Origin: Planctomycetia bacterium
GTDB taxonomy: Bacteria > Planctomycetota > Phycisphaerae > Phycisphaerales > SM1A02
Reading direction: 5' to 3'
DNA: 63,725 nt
Assembly: GCA_005790565.1 (NCBI GenBank)
Contig: SXUJ01000118.1
Span: forward strand, 1-63,725
Shown piece after piece: positions 18,012 through 27,920 of this stretch. The notes under the pieces were generated by a model that worked only from the letters and a program-made list of their open reading frames with translations, had not been told where the DNA came from and ran no database searches. Numbering within the stretch: position 1 is the stretch's first letter; every line of letters begins with the position of its first letter. The position numbers and the translations under genes are program-made.

Positions 18012-18950
18012 CTAGCTTGCAGCGCGCATCTCGCGCAGTACAGCGGGAATCAGGTCTGCGATCTCGTGCGCGAGCAGCCCCGCATCCCCGTGCTGCGCGC
18101 TCCATCGATCCCCTGCCCGCGCATGCGCCTCCACCGCGAGGGCTGTTGCCTCACCAAGCGTACATGGCGATGCAGTTCGTCTACAAAACTGCGCGATGAA
18201 ACTGGCGATGATTCCTGCAAGCACATCACCGCTGCCTCCGGTCGCGAGCGCGGCATTTCCTCTTGTGCTCGTCCACATCGAAAGTCCGTCGCAAGTGACC
18301 GTGCCCGCGCCCTTCAAACAGACGATCGCGCCGAGGCGCTGCGCAAGCCGCGCCGCAAGCGTTCGCCGCGCGACGGGCTCTCCTGCAACAAAACCCGCGT
18401 CCACTTCGAGGTCAAGCCCCTGCGCGAGTCGCGCTGCTTCGCCGGGATGCGGCGTGAAGATGGCACTCGTGCGAAGGTCGCGCGCGGCATCGGTCGTTTG
18501 CGCAAAGAGCGTGATCGCATCTGCATCGATGACGACGGGGACGTCGGTCGACGAGATCAGACGCATGAGCACCTGCGCCGCAGTGTGCCCAACGCCTAAC
18601 CCAGGCCCGATGACAAAAGCATCAGGACGCGCGCTCGCAGCGTCGAGCGCAGCCGCAACGGCGGAGGCATGCAACTCCCCATCCGCATGTGTTTCGAGCG
18701 GAATGACAGTTGCTTCCGGCACGATCTCGATCGCGTGCGCAGCCAAGGGCGCGGGCACCGCGATCACCACAAGTCCACATCCCGCGCGCAGCGCTGCCCG
18801 CGCGGCGAGGCACGGACCGCCAAGCATCATCCGTGGCGCATCGCTTCGTCCGCCAACACAACCGCCGACGACAAGCACCGTGCCAAAGGTTCCTTTGTGT
18901 CCGTGCGGCGCACGCGCGGGCAAGGATGGCGTGATCGCGTCAACGACCAT
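18012..18950 (-). CDS. nnrD: ADP-dependent NAD(P)H-hydrate dehydratase (YjeF C-terminal family)
   Basis: HKGTFGTVLVVGGC ... VVIDADAI ... TPHPGEAARL ... LKGAGT ... ATGGSGDVLAGIIAS. The start was set at the ATG at 18950, overlapping the upstream gene by 11 nt. An alternative start lies at 18977. Confidence 0.88.
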   Translation of the reverse strand: MVVDAITPSLPARAPHGHKGTFGTVLVVGGCVGGRSDAPRMMLGGPCLAARAALRAGCGLVVIAVPAPLAAHAIEIVPEATVIPLETHADGELHASAVAAALDAASARPDAFVIGPGLGVGHTAAQVLMRLISSTDVPVVIDADAITLFAQTTDAARDLRTSAIFTPHPGEAARLAQGLDLEVDAGFVAGEPVARRTLAARLAQRLGAIVCLKGAGTVTCDGLSMWTSTRGNAALATGGSGDVLAGIIASFIAQFCRRTASPCTLGEATALAVEAHARAGDRWSAQHGDAGLLAHEIADLIPAVLREMRAAS

Positions 18951-20439
18951 GGGTTGCGCTCTCAGGAACGAACTCAATCTTCACCTGACCGATGAGCGCG
19001 AGCGCACCGAGAAAGACAGGATCCCCGCTGCCTGCGGAAAGATCACTCACCGCCACTGCGATGTGCGCGGCATGAAAGCGGGTTGGAAGCGTTGCGTCGA
19101 GATCCACCCACATCAGCGCGTCGTCGCCATTCCCGCTCCGTCCATTCGACACGAGGGCTTGCGTCCACATGTGCCATCCCCACGAGCACCCTTCGCCGCC
19201 CGCCGCATCCACGAAGACCACCCCGCTCACCACTCGCGATGGAAGACCGTCGGCGCGACAGAGCGCAGCGAGCAGCACCGCGTGCTCCGTGCAGTCTCCG
19301 GATCGCGAAATCGCCGCCTCGCTCGCCGTGCCAAAGGCTGTCTTGAAATTCTTTGACTTCAAGTGCTTGGCGACGAGTTTCCGAAGTTGCTCCGCTCGCG
19401 CGAGTGGACGCTGACCCGCCACTGGCTTTGCTTGATCGAGCAGTGCGACAACCGCCTTGTGCTCGGCATCGAGGAATGTGTTCGACTTCAACCAACGGCC
19501 AACTTCCTGTTCACCCGCGGATACGGCGCTCGCGCTGTCACAATCGACTTCAACGATCGCCACTTGCGGCGTGCTTGGATCGAGTCGCACGACCTGGGAT
19601 GCGCAGGAAGGAAGTACGATCAAGGGCGCTGTGGTGGTGACACGGAAGGTCGCGCGCGCGAGCCGCGCCGCGTTGGGAATAGGTGCCGAGGGAATCAAAG
19701 TGCCGCGCAGCAGATCGAAGTTTCCCGAAGCAAGCGCAGCGCGCGCGTCGCCCTCCTTCGCAAGCTTGGAGACGAGCGCGCCGATGCCGAGCGGCATCGC
19801 GCTCTCAAGCAGCACGCCATCGGCGGCGTATTGCTCCCGAGCGACGATTGGCACAAGCGAGCTCTTGACCTCAAAGACTCGGGCGCGTCGTTCATCCTTC
19901 GCGAGCGTCATGGTCGTGTGCGCCGCGACACAGCCTGACTGGAGGTCAATCGCGGTGAACGCGATTTCCGTCGCGCCCGCGGCAAGCCGAGCGGCGATGT
20001 ACTTCTCGACGGCACGGGGCGTGAGGAAGGAGTCCGCCGGCCACGCCGATGGCTCCGGCGCGTTGCTGCCCTGCTGCCTCGTTACGCGCTTGTGTTCAGC
20101 ATCAAACCGCCACCGCACGCGCGAGGACTCGCCCTGCGAACAACTCGCCTCGATCGGCTCCCCGCGCGCGCTCTCCGTGAACTCTGACTGCATCGATATC
20201 TGTGTGACTTCGCCGAGGCGCCGAAATCGCATCTCAATCTCACCGGTCGTCCGCAACTCCACGCTCCCATCGGCGACCGTGCGGTGATACACCGACTCGT
20301 GGCTGAATCCACACGGCATCTCGCCCAGCGTAAGCACATACCACCGTTCGCTCCGCGGTTCCCACGCTTGACCGTGGGCGAGCGCGACACAAACGAGCGC
20401 AAGGAACGGCGCGAGCAACGGAGCGAAGCGCGTACTCAT
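18940..20439 (-). CDS. Secreted transglutaminase-like cysteine protease domain protein
   Basis: Signal peptide MSTRFAPLLAPFLALVCVALAHG. The C-terminal core SRSGDCTEHAVLLAALCRADGLPSRVVSGVVF ... GWHMW is a transglutaminase-like Cys-His motif. The ATG overlaps the lysS stop. Confidence 0.8.
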   Translation of the reverse strand: MSTRFAPLLAPFLALVCVALAHGQAWEPRSERWYVLTLGEMPCGFSHESVYHRTVADGSVELRTTGEIEMRFRRLGEVTQISMQSEFTESARGEPIEASCSQGESSRVRWRFDAEHKRVTRQQGSNAPEPSAWPADSFLTPRAVEKYIAARLAAGATEIAFTAIDLQSGCVAAHTTMTLAKDERRARVFEVKSSLVPIVAREQYAADGVLLESAMPLGIGALVSKLAKEGDARAALASGNFDLLRGTLIPSAPIPNAARLARATFRVTTTAPLIVLPSCASQVVRLDPSTPQVAIVEVDCDSASAVSAGEQEVGRWLKSNTFLDAEHKAVVALLDQAKPVAGQRPLARAEQLRKLVAKHLKSKNFKTAFGTASEAAISRSGDCTEHAVLLAALCRADGLPSRVVSGVVFVDAAGGEGCSWGWHMWTQALVSNGRSGNGDDALMWVDLDATLPTRFHAAHIAVAVSDLSAGSGDPVFLGALALIGQVKIEFVPESATHGR

Positions 20440-22055
20440 GCGCCTCGCGCGTCCTCAGAGGAGCCTTGCGCATCCTCCCCCGACCCCTTCGAGGCGCCCA
20501 TCGACTTCAGCAGTGGAAAGAGAATGACATCGCGAATCGACGCGCTATCCGTCAACAACATCACGATGCGATCGATCCCAAGGCCGAGTCCGCCCGCCGG
20601 CGGCATCCCGACACGAAGGGACTCGACGAAGTCCTCGTCGAGCGAGCGAAATGTCGAGACTTCTTCATCTTCGCCCCGCAATTGCTCGGTGAACTTCGCG
20701 AGTTGAATGTCGGGATCGTTCAACTCGGTGTACGCCGGCCCGATCTCCATGCCGCCAATGAAGAGGTCCCAACGACCACAGATGTCCGGATCATGTCGGT
20801 GCGGGCGCGTCAAAGGAGAAATCGCGCTCGGCCAGTCCGTCACGAAAGTCGGACGCGCTGGGTCAATCCTCGGCTCCGCGATGGCTTCGAAGACTTCATT
20901 CACGACGAGCCAATCGTCAAGTTTCGCCTCATGGTGGAGGCCAATCTCTCGCGCCTTGGCGCGTACCTTTGCAAAGTCGCGCACCCCACAGCCGACATGC
21001 TGCTCGAAGAGTTCCGCGAAACTCACCCGCACGAATGGCGTGGAGTAATCAATGTCGAGTTCGCCAAACGGCAGCACCGGCCCGTGTCCGTCGCTTCGTG
21101 CACTCGCGCGGAGTCCCGCGTCCACTCGGTCAGCCACCGCGTCACACGCGAGCGTGTGCATGAGCGACTCCGTCAGCGACATCATGGTGCCGGAATCACC
21201 GAATGCCTCGTAGGCTTCCATCGCGGTGAACTCAGGGTTGTGGCTACGATCGATGCCTTCGTTCCGGAAGTTTCGATTGATCTCGAATACCTTTCGCATG
21301 CCGCCCACGAGGCACCGCTTGAGATACAGCTCCGGTGCAATGCGCAGATACAGCGGCATGCCGAGCGCATTGTGCTGGGTCAAGAAGGGACGGGCCGCCG
21401 CCCCACCCGCGATCGGCTGGAGCATCGGGGTTTCGACCTCGAGAAATCCTTCCGCTTCCATGAAGCGCCGGACACGCGAAATGATCTTCGAACGCATCGC
21501 GAATGTCTTCGCCGTCTGCGGATTCGCGTACATGTCGACATACCGACGTCGGTAGCGAAGTTCCGGATCGCTCAGCCCGTGCCACTTCTCCGGCGGCGGA
21601 GCGAGGCTCTTCGCACCCAAATCAACGCCCGCAGCCCAAATGCAAACTTCGCCCTTTTGCGTACGACCGATGGGACCCTCGGCAATCAGGATGTCGCCGT
21701 AATCGACCGCCTTGGCGAGTTCAAACTCGTTTGGTTTCACCCCCGACTTGGAAATGCTCACTTGGATTTCGCCCGTCGCATCGCGCAAGAAGAGAAACAC
21801 GAGTTTGCCCATGTCGCGATGTTGCACGACCCGTCCCGCGATCTTTGCTCGCCGCCTCGGATCGACAATCTCGACGACCTCCGGCAACGCGCCTTTCGCC
21901 GTCTTTGCCGCAAGTTCGTATTGCGAGTGCGCTTCTTCCGAAAACTGCTCGCGCGCTTCTTGGCAAGACAACAGCCCCGACTCGCTTGACCCATAGGGCT
22001 CGAATCCGAGCACTTCCTTGAAGTGCCGCATCTTTTCTCGCCGGGCAGCCACCAT
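20436..22055 (-). CDS. lysS: Lysine--tRNA ligase (class II)
   Basis: RREKMRHFKE ... an OB anticodon-binding region ... FEINRNFRNEGIDRSHNPEFTAMEAYEAF ... GMPPAGGLGLGIDRIVMLL. The start is uncertain: the ATG at 22055 was chosen, and the ORF stays open to 22235, where it would collide with the divergent pfk start. Confidence 0.92.
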   Translation of the reverse strand: MVAARREKMRHFKEVLGFEPYGSSESGLLSCQEAREQFSEEAHSQYELAAKTAKGALPEVVEIVDPRRRAKIAGRVVQHRDMGKLVFLFLRDATGEIQVSISKSGVKPNEFELAKAVDYGDILIAEGPIGRTQKGEVCIWAAGVDLGAKSLAPPPEKWHGLSDPELRYRRRYVDMYANPQTAKTFAMRSKIISRVRRFMEAEGFLEVETPMLQPIAGGAAARPFLTQHNALGMPLYLRIAPELYLKRCLVGGMRKVFEINRNFRNEGIDRSHNPEFTAMEAYEAFGDSGTMMSLTESLMHTLACDAVADRVDAGLRASARSDGHGPVLPFGELDIDYSTPFVRVSFAELFEQHVGCGVRDFAKVRAKAREIGLHHEAKLDDWLVVNEVFEAIAEPRIDPARPTFVTDWPSAISPLTRPHRHDPDICGRWDLFIGGMEIGPAYTELNDPDIQLAKFTEQLRGEDEEVSTFRSLDEDFVESLRVGMPPAGGLGLGIDRIVMLLTDSASIRDVILFPLLKSMGASKGSGEDAQGSSEDARGA

Positions 22056-22233
22056 GACGTGTGGCGGCACGACCGGTTCAGGTGCGCCTGGGGTCGTCGA
22101 TGCGCTGGCTTTGGGCTCTTGTTCGTGCGTCAACTGCGTGCGTCCTCTGAAAACAGAAAGTGCGGAATGTGTGCGCGCACGATGGTACTCTTCAACATTC
22201 TCCTTGGCACACCTCACTTTCACAGAACCCTCC

Positions 22234-23385
22234 ATGAGTCCGGTCCCTCACATTCGAAAGATTGGCATTCTGACCGGTGGAGGCGACTGCCCCGGCCTCA
22301 ACGCCGTGCTCCGCGCTGTTGCGAAGACGGCGTACCTCCAGCACGGTATTGAAATCTGCGGGATCGAAGATGGATTTCAAGGATTGATCGAAAATCGCGT
22401 GCGGCCGCTGTCGATGAAGGATGTCTCAGGCATCCTGACTCGCGGGGGAACGATTCTCGGTTCGAATAATCGCTGCAATCCGACGAAGTACGCGATCAGC
22501 CGAAACGCGGACGGAACTCCCGTTTTCGGGAATGTCGTCGATCGATGCCTGCGCACGATCGAGAGCAACCAGATGGACGCGCTCGTCGTGATCGGTGGTG
22601 ATGGCACGATGGCTTGCGCCGCGCCGTTCGCTGCGGCGGGCGTCAATGTGATCGGCATTCCCAAGACGATCGACAACGATCTCGTGGGTTCGGAGATCAC
22701 CTTCGGTTTCTTGACCGCGGTCGACACGGCAACGGAAGCACTCGACCGATTGCACTCCACGGCCGACAGCCATCATCGCGTGATGGTGTGTGAAGTGATG
22801 GGGCGCAACGCGGGGTGGATCGCCCTCACGGCTGGGGTCGCGAGCGGCTCTGATGTCATTCTGATTCCGGAGCTTCCGTTTGACATTCGCACCATTGCCG
22901 CGGACATCGATCGCCGCATGACGCGGGGACCCGGTTTCGCCATCGTGGTTGTTGCGGAAGGCGCTCGCCCCCGCACAGGGACGCAAGTCGTCGCGCGCGT
23001 CGATCCCACAAGCCCTGACCCGATTCGACTCGGCGGGATCGGCAATCATGTGGCGCAAGAAATCGAAGATCTCTGCAATGTGGAGACGCGGACGACGGTG
23101 CTTGGGCACACCCAGCGCGGCGGATCTCCTTCTCCGGCAGATCGAATCTTGGCGACAAACTTCGGTTTTCACGCAGCGGCGGCACTCGCCGCTGGCCGAA
23201 GAAACCGCATGATCGTTCGGGTCAACAACATCTACTCCGATGTCGACCTTTTCACCGCCGTTGGCAAGCAGCGGCTCATTCCGGTCGAGCATCCCCTCAT
23301 CGCAGCAGCCCGCGCGCTCGGCACAAGCTTTGGCGATGGCACCGCGTATTCTGCCCCGGCGCCGATGGCTGCCGCCAGTATGTGA
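22234..23385 (+). CDS. pfkA: 6-phosphofructokinase (GGDG-type, probably ATP-dependent)
   Basis: IGILTGGGDCPGLNAVLRAV ... VVIGGDGTMACA ... IGIPKTIDNDL ... MGRNAGWIAL. Confidence 0.92.
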   Translation: MSPVPHIRKIGILTGGGDCPGLNAVLRAVAKTAYLQHGIEICGIEDGFQGLIENRVRPLSMKDVSGILTRGGTILGSNNRCNPTKYAISRNADGTPVFGNVVDRCLRTIESNQMDALVVIGGDGTMACAAPFAAAGVNVIGIPKTIDNDLVGSEITFGFLTAVDTATEALDRLHSTADSHHRVMVCEVMGRNAGWIALTAGVASGSDVILIPELPFDIRTIAADIDRRMTRGPGFAIVVVAEGARPRTGTQVVARVDPTSPDPIRLGGIGNHVAQEIEDLCNVETRTTVLGHTQRGGSPSPADRILATNFGFHAAAALAAGRRNRMIVRVNNIYSDVDLFTAVGKQRLIPVEHPLIAAARALGTSFGDGTAYSAPAPMAAASM

Positions 23386-23409
23386 CGCACGAACTCTCCT
23401 TGATCACGC

Positions 23410-24300
23410 ATGAGTGTGCAACCCGCAGTCTTTCTTGACCGTGACAACACGCTCATCGCCAACGACGGCGATCTCGGCGACGCATCGCTCGTGCGACTCC
23501 TTGACGGAGTCCCTGCGGGACTCAAGGCTCTGCGAGCGGCTGGTTTTCGACTCGTCGTCGTCACAAACCAAGGCGGCGTTGCGCGCGGCCGTTACGACGA
23601 GGCGGCGGTGGACGCGGTGCATCGGCGTATCGCGGAACTCGTCGACGCGGCGACCGGCATGGAGCGAACGATCGAACGCTTTTACTACTGCCCCTTTCAT
23701 CCGGAAGGATCCGTTCTCGAATACACCCGCGAGCATCCGTGGCGAAAACCGCAGCCTGGCATGATTCTTCAGGCGGCGGCGGACATGGAGTTGCATCTCG
23801 CGAGGAGCTTCCTCATCGGTGATGCCCCGCGTGACACCGAATCAGGTCGACGCGCCGGCGTTCGCACGATTCTCGTGAGTCGTGACTCGGATCGCATCGC
23901 GAAGGCGCACGCAGACTTTGTCGCCGCTGATTTCACCGCAGCGGCGTCGATCGTCTTGCAACGGCGCGACGAGCCGTTCGTGCCGAGCGAAGTCACGCAT
24001 ACACAGGCTCGCCACACGGCACCAACGCGACGGCTCCGACTTCGGACACGCGACGAAGCTGCGGAACGCATTCGAAAAGCCGTACTCGAACTCACGGATG
24101 AATTGCGTTCGGAGCGGAATCGTCGACGCGAGAGTTCCCCGCTCCGTTTCGTGGCCACCGCGCTCGTCCTCGTCTCTCTGCTCACGGCCACCTTCTCGTT
24201 TCTCCACCTCGCGGATCTGCAGTCCTTCGCACGATGGGGTTCGGCCGCTGTCCTCGCGTTGTTGCTCGCAATTGTCGCGCTGCTGATTGATCGTCGCTAG
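23410..24300 (+). CDS. gmhB: HAD-family D,D-heptose 1,7-bisphosphate phosphatase-like protein fused to a C-terminal membrane-anchor region
   Basis: AVFLDRDNTLI ... VVVTNQGGVARG ... CPFHPEG ... RKPQPGM ... IGDAPRD are GmhB/HisB-N motifs. They are followed by a ~110-aa extension with two hydrophobic helices (FVATALVLVSLLTATFSFL and AAVLALLLAIVALLI). Confidence 0.8.
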   Translation: MSVQPAVFLDRDNTLIANDGDLGDASLVRLLDGVPAGLKALRAAGFRLVVVTNQGGVARGRYDEAAVDAVHRRIAELVDAATGMERTIERFYYCPFHPEGSVLEYTREHPWRKPQPGMILQAAADMELHLARSFLIGDAPRDTESGRRAGVRTILVSRDSDRIAKAHADFVAADFTAAASIVLQRRDEPFVPSEVTHTQARHTAPTRRLRLRTRDEAAERIRKAVLELTDELRSERNRRRESSPLRFVATALVLVSLLTATFSFLHLADLQSFARWGSAAVLALLLAIVALLIDRR

Positions 24301-24313
24301 ATTTCCCTTCGCG

Positions 24314-24613
24314 ATGCACCCTTCACATCACTCCCCAGATGGAAACGCCGCGCACTGCGACCTCATCGCGCGAGATCCAACAGCACTCGAACACGAGCGA
24401 ACGCGAGCAACCATTCGCGCTACTGCAGAAGCGCTCGCGGAGCGCACCGGAGTGGAGGTTCCACAACTTGAGTTCCTCGACGGCATCGTGCGATTTCGCG
24501 GCCCACCCAATCACCTCACACTGGTCGCTCTCGTCGCCGAGGTCCGAGCGATCTCGCAGCGCTGGCACATGAAACATTTCGCCGTTCTCTTGTGGCGGGG
24601 AGAAGACGAGTGA
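24314..24613 (+). CDS. Small hypothetical protein
   Basis: 99-aa ORF lying between gmhB-like and the heptosyltransferase. Its TGA overlaps the downstream GTG (GTGA at 24610-24613). I recognise no family, so its coding status is only moderately supported. Confidence 0.45.
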   Translation: MHPSHHSPDGNAAHCDLIARDPTALEHERTRATIRATAEALAERTGVEVPQLEFLDGIVRFRGPPNHLTLVALVAEVRAISQRWHMKHFAVLLWRGEDE

Positions 24614-25608
24614 CTACCCAACGCGTCATGGTCGTCCTTCCCACTTGGGTCGGCGATAGCGTGATGGCCACTCCAGTCTTGCGCGCACTACGCGGCGCAT
24701 TTCCAGACGCGCACATCACTGCGGCAGTCCGCGCAGGCGTCGACGCATTGCTCGATGGAAGTTCGTGGTGCGATGAGATCTTTCCCTGCTCCTTTCGCGG
24801 TTGGCTTGGACCTTGCTCCAACTCAGCGACGATTCGCGCGAAGCGCCCCGACGACATCGTCCTGCTTCCCAATAGTTTTCGAAGTGCGCTCGGAGTTCGC
24901 TGGTGCGGCGCGCGTCGCCGCATTGGCTATGCACGGGATGGTCGTGGATTTCTCCTGACTGACGCCATCGTTCCACCCGCCTCCAAACCCATTTCCGCCG
25001 TCGATTACTACGCGAATCTCGTCGAGCAAGCTCTTCACATCAAGATCGAAGATCGTCGCCTCTCGCTCTGCGCCACAAGCGTGGACAATGCCAAGGCGGA
25101 TGTGTTGCTGGCTGGCGCGAGGGCGTTTCCATTGGTCCTCAATCCTGGCGCAAACAATCCGGCGAAGCGGTGGAGCGCCGAGAGCTTCGCCGCGGTTGCG
25201 CGCAAGTTTCTGCAAGCAGGATCGAGCGTTGTCATCACAGGTGGTCCGTCTGAGCGAGAACTCGTGCGCAAGGTGATTGAACTCGCACCTGGGTCGATTG
25301 ATCTCCTCGCACGCGGCATCGATCTTGGCGGACTAAAGGGTGTTCTCTCGCGCGCGGGGTGCCTCCTCACGAATGACACTGGGCCTCGACACATTGCGGC
25401 AGCCCTCGGAGCTCCCGTGGTCACGCTCTTCGGCCCCACGGATCATCGTTGGACGACGCTCGTCGATGCACGAGAGCGACTCCTCCTCGCCGAGCCATTC
25501 CTCACCCCCGACACATTCGCGGATCAACATCCGCAAGCATGCGTGATGGATCGCATTGCGGTGCGTGACGCGATTGAAGCGATTCGCAGCATCCAACGCA
25601 CAAGTTAG
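24610..25608 (+). CDS. GT9-family ADP-heptose:LPS heptosyltransferase
   Basis: VMVVLPTWVGDSVMATPVLRALRGAFPDAHI ... NPGANNPAKRW ... ITGGPSE ... LTNDTGPRHIAAALGAPVVTLFGPT. Confidence 0.85.
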   Translation: MTTQRVMVVLPTWVGDSVMATPVLRALRGAFPDAHITAAVRAGVDALLDGSSWCDEIFPCSFRGWLGPCSNSATIRAKRPDDIVLLPNSFRSALGVRWCGARRRIGYARDGRGFLLTDAIVPPASKPISAVDYYANLVEQALHIKIEDRRLSLCATSVDNAKADVLLAGARAFPLVLNPGANNPAKRWSAESFAAVARKFLQAGSSVVITGGPSERELVRKVIELAPGSIDLLARGIDLGGLKGVLSRAGCLLTNDTGPRHIAAALGAPVVTLFGPTDHRWTTLVDARERLLLAEPFLTPDTFADQHPQACVMDRIAVRDAIEAIRSIQRTS

Positions 25609-25618
25609 ACTGCTTCGC

Positions 25619-26386
25619 ATGGATCCTGCGGCACCACTTCCATCCGCGCCATACTGCTGGTTCTGCTGGCTCGTCCTCGCGACGATTGGCTACTTCGCGG
25701 GCAGCGTGCCCTTTGCGTTCATGCTTGCACGGAGCCGAGGTGTCGATCTTTTTACCGTTGGAAGTGGAAACATCGGTGCGACGAACCTCGGCCGCGCGCT
25801 CGGCAAGCCTTGGGGTTTTCTCTGTTTCTTCCTCGACGCGACCAAGGGCGCACTACCGGTGTTACTCGCGGGATGGTGGATGGGATCGCTCGGCAGGACC
25901 GCGATTGAAATCCAACCGAGCACGGCATGGAGTTGGCTCGGCGTTGCGATCCTTGCCATCCTCGGACACACGCTTTCACCCTGGATCGGATTCAAGGGAG
26001 GCAAGGGTGTCGCGACCGCGTTCGGCGCGCTCGCGGCACTTTGGCCTTCGGTGACGATTCCCGCTCTGGCCGCGCTCGCGTTGTGGATTCTCATTCTGCT
26101 TGTGTTCCGTTTCATCTCACTCGCCTCCATCGTGGCCGCACTCTCGATTCCTTGTGGCATCGTCGTCGGCGCAGCCCTCACGCCGAGCGGACTCGACCTG
26201 GCAACGCGTGCGCAGCGCGTACTTCCATTCTTGGCCGTGACGGGATTCATCGCGGCCTTCGTGACTTGGAAGCACCGCACGAATATTGCTCGGATCAAGT
26301 CAGGGACGGAGCCGAGGGTCTTTGGCCGTCACGCCACCGCCTCCTCTGCGGCAACTTCGACAAGTTCGCCGCCTCCCGAAGCCTGA
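25619..26386 (+). CDS. plsY: Glycerol-3-phosphate acyltransferase PlsY
   Basis: GYFAGSVPFAFMLARSRGVDLFTVGSGNIGATNLGRALG ... DATKGALPV ... GGKGVAT. Confidence 0.9.
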   Translation: MDPAAPLPSAPYCWFCWLVLATIGYFAGSVPFAFMLARSRGVDLFTVGSGNIGATNLGRALGKPWGFLCFFLDATKGALPVLLAGWWMGSLGRTAIEIQPSTAWSWLGVAILAILGHTLSPWIGFKGGKGVATAFGALAALWPSVTIPALAALALWILILLVFRFISLASIVAALSIPCGIVVGAALTPSGLDLATRAQRVLPFLAVTGFIAAFVTWKHRTNIARIKSGTEPRVFGRHATASSAATSTSSPPPEA

Positions 26387-26421
26387 CACCGCTACGCTGC
26401 CACTTCGCATCACTTCCCCTC

Positions 26422-27870
26422 ATGGCATCTACGAACATCGACCGCACCGGATACCGATCTCCTCTCGAGTCGCGCAACGCGAGTAAAGAGATGCGTGCGG
26501 TCTGGAGCGAGCAACGAAAGTTCTCGACTTGGCGTCGTATCTGGCTCGCGCTTGCGCAGAGCCAGCGCGAACTTGGACTGCCCGTGAGCCAAGCGCAGGT
26601 GGACGCGATCGCCGCACACCTCGATGACATTGACTTCGATGCCGCCGCGGAACACGAGGCGCGCTTGCGACATGATGTGATGGCGCATGTTCATGCGCTC
26701 GGCGATGTTGCACCGGAGGCACGCCCGATCATTCACTTTGGTGCGACGAGTCAGGATGTCGTCTGCAACGCGGACACCCTTCTCTTGCGTGACGCGCTTG
26801 CGCTGACGCAACGCAAACTTGCGCGCGTCGTCGACCGCTTCGCGACCTTCGCGACGAAGTATCGAGCACTCCCAACCCTCGGTTTTACGCACTTTCAGCC
26901 GGCGCAACCGACGACGGTGGGGAAGCGTGCCACGCTCTGGGCTCAAGACTTCGCCCTCGCGCTCGAACACTGTGCGTTTGTCGCGAACACGCTTCGGTTG
27001 CGCGGACTGCGCGGCGCGACGGGAACCCAAGCGTCGTACCTCGGTCTCTTCGATGGTGACGCGGCAAAGGTTGAGCAATTGGAGATGCTCTTTGCGGACA
27101 AGCTCGGTTGGCCGCGGAGTCACATGCTCTCGGTGTGCGGGCAGACCTACCCACGACTCGTGGATGCCCAAATCGTCGCTTCGCTCGCGGTTGCGGCGTC
27201 CGCGGTCCACAAATGCGCAACCGATATCCGCCTCCTCGCCAATCGCAAGGAAGTCGAGGAACCGTTCGAAACTGAGCAGATCGGATCAAGCGCAATGGCG
27301 TACAAGCGCAACCCGATGCGTTGCGAGCGAGCGTGTGGATTGGCGCGCTTCGTCATGGGACTTGTGCAAGATCCGCTGCATACCCATGCGACGCAGTGGC
27401 TTGAGCGGACGCTCGATGACAGTTCGAATCGACGACTCGTGCTCCCAGAGGCATTCCTCGCGCTTGATGGCGCGCTCGACATTCTGGCCAATGTCGCCGA
27501 GGGACTTGTGGTGTGGGAAGCAATGATTGCAGCAAATCTCGCGGCCGAGCTCCCCTTCATGGCGAGCGAGAACATCCTCCTTGCGGCGACAAGGGCAGGT
27601 GCAGACCGACAGGAGGCGCACGAGCGCATTCGCACGCATTCGATGGCAGCGGCGCTCGAGGTGAAGCAGCATGGTCGTCCCAACGATCTCATGCAGCGAT
27701 TGAAGGGGGATTCGTTTTTCGCGCGCGTCAACCTCGACGCGGCACTTGATCCAGTAAGTTTCATCGGGCGCGCACCTGAGCAGGTGGACCGTTTCGTCAG
27801 CACCGTCGCAGATCCGATTCGGGTGACACACGCCGCGACGCTCGGCTCGACTGCCACTCTTCGCGTGTAG
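26422..27870 (+). CDS. purB: Adenylosuccinate lyase
   Basis: YRSPLESRNASKEMRAVWSEQRKFSTWRRIWLALA ... HFGATSQDV ... GSSAMAYKRNPMRCE is the fumarate-lyase signature. The start was set at the ATG at 26422. Confidence 0.93.
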   Translation: MASTNIDRTGYRSPLESRNASKEMRAVWSEQRKFSTWRRIWLALAQSQRELGLPVSQAQVDAIAAHLDDIDFDAAAEHEARLRHDVMAHVHALGDVAPEARPIIHFGATSQDVVCNADTLLLRDALALTQRKLARVVDRFATFATKYRALPTLGFTHFQPAQPTTVGKRATLWAQDFALALEHCAFVANTLRLRGLRGATGTQASYLGLFDGDAAKVEQLEMLFADKLGWPRSHMLSVCGQTYPRLVDAQIVASLAVAASAVHKCATDIRLLANRKEVEEPFETEQIGSSAMAYKRNPMRCERACGLARFVMGLVQDPLHTHATQWLERTLDDSSNRRLVLPEAFLALDGALDILANVAEGLVVWEAMIAANLAAELPFMASENILLAATRAGADRQEAHERIRTHSMAAALEVKQHGRPNDLMQRLKGDSFFARVNLDAALDPVSFIGRAPEQVDRFVSTVADPIRVTHAATLGSTATLRV

Positions 27871-27920
27871 GAATGCAGAGTAGAAGGTATGGCGCACTGC
27901 CACCTGATAGGCTGAGCAAC

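Noticed and set aside
20466-21989. A 507-aa plus-strand ORF opposite lysS. The ORFs at 17352-18599 and 47242-48534 are similar cases opposite known genes.
   Set aside because: The opposite strands encode unambiguous LysRS, HD/NnrD and Cys-rich secreted proteins. These are GC-driven open frames.
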